A stretch of DNA of 53,455 nt, the filler included, from Sphacelaria rigidula (lineage: Eukaryota): NCBI GenBank assembly GCA_964200075.2. It is 5 parts of 5 records of this genome, joined end to end, with 100 filler letters (N's around TTAATTAATTAA, not from the genome) between each part and the next. Parts side by side here need not be neighbours in the genome. Positions count along the whole stretch, not along the records: positions 42,846 to 53,455 come from CAXNAA020006204.1; 4 more parts are not named here. One strand, 5' to 3'. The notes beneath the pieces were generated by a model. The model searched no databases. It had not been told where the DNA came from and saw only the letters and a list, made by a program, of their open reading frames with translations. Positions 48,601 to 53,455 of this stretch are shown in pieces. The first letter of the stretch is position 1, and every line of letters begins with the position of its first letter. A program made the translations under genes and the position numbers.

Positions 48601-50978
48601 ATCATCATATTTCGGACGCAAGGTCACGATCAGCAAGCAGCACAACGGCCGACACACGGTCAGTGGAATGAAAAAAAGCGGCGGTGATTTGCGTCAGCGG
48701 CGCATATTGTGAAGTCATGCATGTACGAAGATTTTACACACTGTACAGCTGACTTTCTGTGGACAAGTACAACACCGAAAGTGGCATTTCTGGGGCACAA
48801 TCGCACCATGAACAACACATGAAACAGTCACGAACTTAAAAAAACGCTCCGGGCGACATCCCGAACTATAGCACAACAAGCAAAATCGCGTGGAAACGTG
48901 CCGCAGGCCCCGCGTCTCCAGCAGGGCCCTCCGGGGGGAAGCTTTTCGGCTCGCGGCTGCGCCGCTCGATGACCAAACCATTAGGTATCATTTGACTGGG
49001 TAATGGTTGCGCAACGTGTAAGAATTTTACTGGTTAATGGCTATAGACAAATCATTTCCAAGCTCTATGATTTTCGGAATATCGAGGGAGGGAGTGGGTG
49101 GATTCAACCCGCATTTCACCCACGTGTTGGGGGAAAATGGGTGCGCAAGCGTCGTCATGGGATCTCTGTGGTGAACACGGAACTGCAAAAGTACAGAAGG
49201 GTAAAAACAAGAATAAAACGGGATATGTATATTCTAGACCAGGACATTATTATACAAAACGCAAACCGGAGGGGAGGCGGCGGGGGGGGGGGGGGGGGCA
49301 TGTTTTGTTTTCGGCGTTGTCCCCCCTCTCGGTAGATTTTTTACGATTTTTTTGGTATATTATCAGCACGAGACGTGTGTGTGTGTTTTATTATTATCAT
49401 TCCTCAAGACTTATCCTTGTACTCATGATGGCGTCACTTGCCTGCCACCGAACGCGTAGAGCGTGTCCAGGCCGCCCTCGTAGGGGAAGCTGTTGGTCAC
49501 CTGAGAATAAAACACAACGCGACGGCCGAGAGGAGGTTCAAGAAACGACCCTCGGGTAAAAAGGGAAACACACTAAGCCACGGGCCACAGTGCGGCACCT
49601 GTCAGCTTCCCTGTATTTGTATGCCCCTTCCCATCTCTCTCGCCGGTACAAGTACAGCCCTCTCTGCCTGCCTGTCTGCCCGTTTCTCTCTCGTGAAACG
49701 GGCACACCCTGGAATATGACAGTAGATTACATGGTCAAAAAGTGTACTGCGTACAGTATCGACTATGATTGCGTGTATTGCAATGGACGATATATTCCAT
49801 ATTGTACCCAAAATATATTTTTGACAATGTAATCTAGCGCCATTATTATCCAGGGTGTGGAAGCGGGACGAAGGAAAGGCAAAAAAAGAAGGCAGTGGAG
49901 GGAGAGAGACTAGAGGCAGAGAGATCGAGAGACAACACAAGCAGTTTCTCACACGGAACTGTGGCCGGTTGCGCGTGGGATTGCGCGGTAAGCATATCAC
50001 ACCTTGAGAGGCTGCTACGATATGACTGCTTGGTTTACGCTACCTGTTGCGACAACAGACTCATGAAAGACGTGTGTGTGTGTTTTGCTTGATGGGTTGT
50101 CGCACATTAACCAATTCATTGTATCTCCGAGGGATCCGGATTGGTCATTATCCACAAAATAGACGTACCTAAGGTAAAATAAAACGGGAACGCTCGCTAT
50201 ATATTTTTTCAGTGTATCCTTCTTATTCATTGATCCACACCCTAACCCAAAATATTACATTGTCAAGAAAATGTACTGCGCACAGGATGGAATCTATCGT
50301 CTCTTGCAATAGACGCGCAATAGTCGATACTGTACGCAGTGCACCTTTTGACGGTGTATTCTATTCATTGTCCAGGGTGCCCATTCAATACAACACAACA
50401 CGCCTCCATATACTTAATAGAGCTGTAGTGATGACGATAGCGAGGATTTTGACGATGTCTTCATGATGGCCGTCAGAAATGATTTTTTCCCACTACACGA
50501 GTAGCACGATAATTGACGAGAAAAAAATTCTCGACAAAAAGTACAGAGGAGAAAAACTACTCTGGGCATATATACACATGCCCCCTCGTCATGCTCCATG
50601 GATTTGACTCTACATCTTAATGATAGCCGTGAGAAATAGTTTTCTCCCACTAGACGAGTAGCACAATAATGGAGAGACAAAAAGCCTTGACAAAAAGTAC
50701 TGAAGAGAAAAACTACTCTGGGCATATATACACATGCCCCCTCGTCATGCTCCATGAATTTCGTGTCATGAGTCAAAACATACACATACACCTAACACGC
50801 ATATAGAACTATACGCATACCTTAAGGCGGCCGAGCATATTCTCGTCGTATATCGTGCCCGTAATAGTAATATTGGCCGCCTCTGCCAGATCGGCCACCC
50901 GAGTCTCATCCGTGTAGAACTCGGGGGTGTCCTCCTCTCCGTACTCGCGAGCGTCGCCCTCGTTGGCAACCACAAAGT
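45445..50978 (-). CDS. Choice-of-anchor I / MSP130-like (alkaline-phosphatase-associated) protein, four internal exons
   Basis: Exons 50978-50821, 49500-49442, 47389-47283, 45605-45445 join in phase: FVVANEGDAREY...LGRLKVT...LYAFGGRSISIF...VWDSGDFME...FNSEG...DTRSDDKGIEPEG...FVALERIGGFMCWDISNP. Confidence 0.9.
45607..45654. repeat. (CA)n microsatellite abutting a splice acceptor
   Basis: About 24 TG units on the plus strand. Confidence 0.95.
48206..48461. mobile_element. Sola-type MITE (GAG...CTC, 4-bp TSD GTAT), intronic
   Basis: TIRs gagcaatgctacggtagaggtgca / tgtacccctaccgtagcatcactc; same TIR family as 7887-8139. Confidence 0.85.
49700..50382. mobile_element. Long-TIR non-autonomous element, intronic
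   Basis: 49700-49832 is an imperfect inverted repeat of 50254-50382 (GGGCAC...GTGCCC); no TSD seen. Confidence 0.6.
50485..50756. repeat. Tandem duplication, period ~156 bp
   Basis: gagaaaaactactctgggcatatatacacatgccccctcgtcatgctccatg occurs twice. Confidence 0.9.
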
Positions 50979-51977
50979 CTATACAGTCAACCCACAGGCG
51001 GATCGCGACAACGAAAAAATGGCAGCATTCGACATCATAACACGCGCGACTATGTTGTCACTGCGACCCGTTGATCTGATGACCTAACTGACGAGAACTG
51101 AAACACGGCTACTGTAGGGCGAAGGGTTGGTCAGGGTTGATAACTCCCGCCAGGAGTAGTAACATTTGCTTTCGAGTTTTCCTGTTTAGGGGGAAGTTAT
51201 TATTTTTTTTCTTACTTCCGCCGTTGAAAAAGCGTGATGATGAGGACGTACGTGAGCAGTTACACGTAGGTGGAGAAAGCTCTGATTTGACGGGAGACGA
51301 GTCGATGCGGTGCGGAAGTGCTAATAACATCCAACTGCGCAACACCAAAGTGTAAGAGCTCGCGTATCATGTGAATGTGCGTGTGTGTTTATGTGGTACC
51401 CGGGGGGGAGATGTGTTGATTCCTTGAGACCACGGATTCGTCCTCAGGAGGGGGAAGGGGTTGAGAGTGTGACGAACGAGGAAAAAAGCAACATCGCCAA
51501 GCAAGTTATTCGCGCGGGGTTTCCTATTTATAAGGCATACAGTTTGAGAGGCTTCGTTTCCCACAAAAGAGCTGCTGCAGTATCGCGGGAGCTGTGTCGG
51601 TGCTCTAGTTGTAGGAGAGTCTGGATATATATGCGGATGTAGTGCGGAACACACACATACAGGTTTGTATGACAGTCCCAGAGAGAGGACAAGTCCCTCG
51701 TTGGGGACCAGACAGCTAGCAACCTGTTGATCGTGGGAAATGATCCTCGTGGATGTCGTCTAGGGGACCGTAATTGTGGAAACCTAGTGTCATGAGGCTA
51801 GGAGGTGTTTATGATCACATCCGGGATCTCACAGTTGCGGGTCTGATCAAGCTTGACTACGTCAGATGTGAGTTTGATAAGAGGGAATAAACGAATTTTT
51901 TAGCTATCCACTACCTACCCTCACCGGTCCACTTGCGAACGTTAAGCTGAACAAAAGCAACTATAGTGTCGCTGAGT

Positions 51978-52429
51978 GACGTGAAAAAGCGTTGAACAGA
52001 ACGAGAACGAATACGAATGAACAAGAGTCTTCAAAATCAAGTGGATATCAAGTTGCATTTGGGTGAAGCTGTCTTGAGGTATCGTGCTTCGGATACAATT
52101 CACGAGCTGAGTTGTGCTGATTGTTGGATCGATTGATATATCTGCACAACCTGTGGGGTGCTACCTTGAAGCACGCCTGATAATTGACAACCTCTTCACG
52201 TTTGGTATTGACGTGAAAGAGCATTGAACAGAGCGATAACGAATATAAGTGAACAGGAGTCTTCAAGATCAAGTGGACATCAACCTGCATTTGCGTGAAG
52301 CTGTCTTGAGTTATCTTGCTTCGGACACGATTTACGAGCTGAGTCGTGCTGATTGTTGGATCGACCGATCCATCTGCACAACCTGTGGGGTGCTACCTTG
52401 AAGCACGCCTGATAATTGACAACCTCTTC
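51978..52429. repeat. Tandem duplication, period 232 bp
   Basis: Two copies starting at 51978 and 52210, ending in an identical atctgcacaacctgtggggtgctaccttgaagcacgcctgataattgacaacctcttcac. Confidence 0.92.
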
Positions 52430-53377
52430 ACATTCAACGTCGACTTGGAGTGTCGGCTTGATTGACGACTTGCTCTCCCTCTCCAAAGTAGAGGCTTGTT
52501 TCCTCATCAGCCATTTGTACGGCCTTCTTGTTGCGATAGTCCCGTTGATTCCCTCGTTACTGTAGCTTGTGTTGCATTTTTTTTTGCAGCGATGCTCGCC
52601 CATAGAGGTGTGGAAGATTTATATATTTTTCTTCGTTTCATGTTCTTGTACGATTGCAGTGTAGAAGAGCCCTTCCTCGTTGAATTCTGAAGTTTCTCGG
52701 CGTAACTACATTGTGCCGAGGTGACGTTGATTCAACTGCATAAGGACTCGTCTTGGGTGGGCTAGTGTTATGAAGCTCAGTGGCGTTACAAGATATCACT
52801 ATGTGCCAGTCTGCTCTTAGACCCTGGGCTCCGTGACGCGTTGTTGTCGCGTTTGTTAGTGTCATCGTTTGGGTTACGGATCTGGCCACCCGGCCCACCT
52901 TCGGTCATATGCTGGCTTCGCCTTGCTAGCTGGCTTCGCCTTGGTCGCTGACCTACTTGCCTCTGCTACTCTGGCACCACCACTACGCTCTGCGCCTATG
53001 GCTGCGCCCCGGCTGTACTGAGTTAGAGAATTGCTTGTAGATATAATATGATGCCATCAACACGTGAGTCCCCAATCAGCAGTATACATAAATGAACTTA
53101 TGTGTATTGTGTGTTGATGGATAGCTAAGGTCTGTATGATGTTGCCCACCTTTGGGAGCTTGGTCAGCTGGAACCATGGTGTCCCCTGGCACTCATACTG
53201 AGAGACCCCAGCCGATGCATTAGCTACTCCATCATTCTCTCCACAGTTTTCACTCAAATCGCTATCGAGGAACGCAAAGGATGGCGGTGACGGCAGCGGT
53301 TCTTTGTTCCAACGTTGGGTAGCGACACGAATTATAGCGTGTACGAGAGAGCAGGCAGTACAGTGTGTGTTGTTGTG

Positions 53378-53455
53378 TGTGTGTGTTGTCGTCCCATTTA
53401 TTCTGGGCGCCAGTCTACCCCTTTCGGGATATGTGGACGCATCAGCCGGGGTCAC
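53378..53455 (+). repeat. Second copy of the dispersed repeat at 41800-42085
   Basis: Direct sequence match; cut by the window end. Confidence 0.75.

Noticed and set aside
1..53455. Fanzor/TnpB, giant-virus or prokaryotic defence genes
   Set aside because: No RuvC, capsid, polymerase or operon-like ORFs recognised in any frame.

Overview
Eukaryotic, intron-rich and heavily transposon-littered DNA. It is most likely from a brown alga (Ectocarpus-like; inferred from gene structure, TTAGGG-type motifs and recalled repeat families). The window is not contiguous: five ~10.6 kb pieces (1-10612, 10713-21323, 21424-32034, 32135-42745, 42846-53455) are joined by identical artificial 100-nt N44-TTAATTAATTAA-N44 spacers. 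Two partial host genes can be built from phase-consistent exons: a GGNBP2-like gene (minus, piece 2) and a choice-of-anchor I/MSP130-like gene with a GC-AG intron (minus, piece 5). Mobile DNA includes: (1) a multi-exon Sola-like (DUF7869-type) DDD transposase pseudogene; (2) an internally deleted hAT element with a perfect 8-bp TSD; (3) a degenerate Ty1/copia 5' half; (4) LINE 3' fragments; (5) a 5.3 kb foldback MULE-like element; (6) Sola-, piggyBac- and CACTA-type MITEs. The two most unusual signals are an abundant ~210 bp TGT...ACA MITE (11 copies, 4-5 bp TSDs) carrying a telomere-like (CCCTAA) cassette, and head-to-head palindromic tRNA-like SINE units. No CRISPR array, bona fide tRNA/rRNA gene or prokaryotic operon is supported, and most listed ORFs are spurious.
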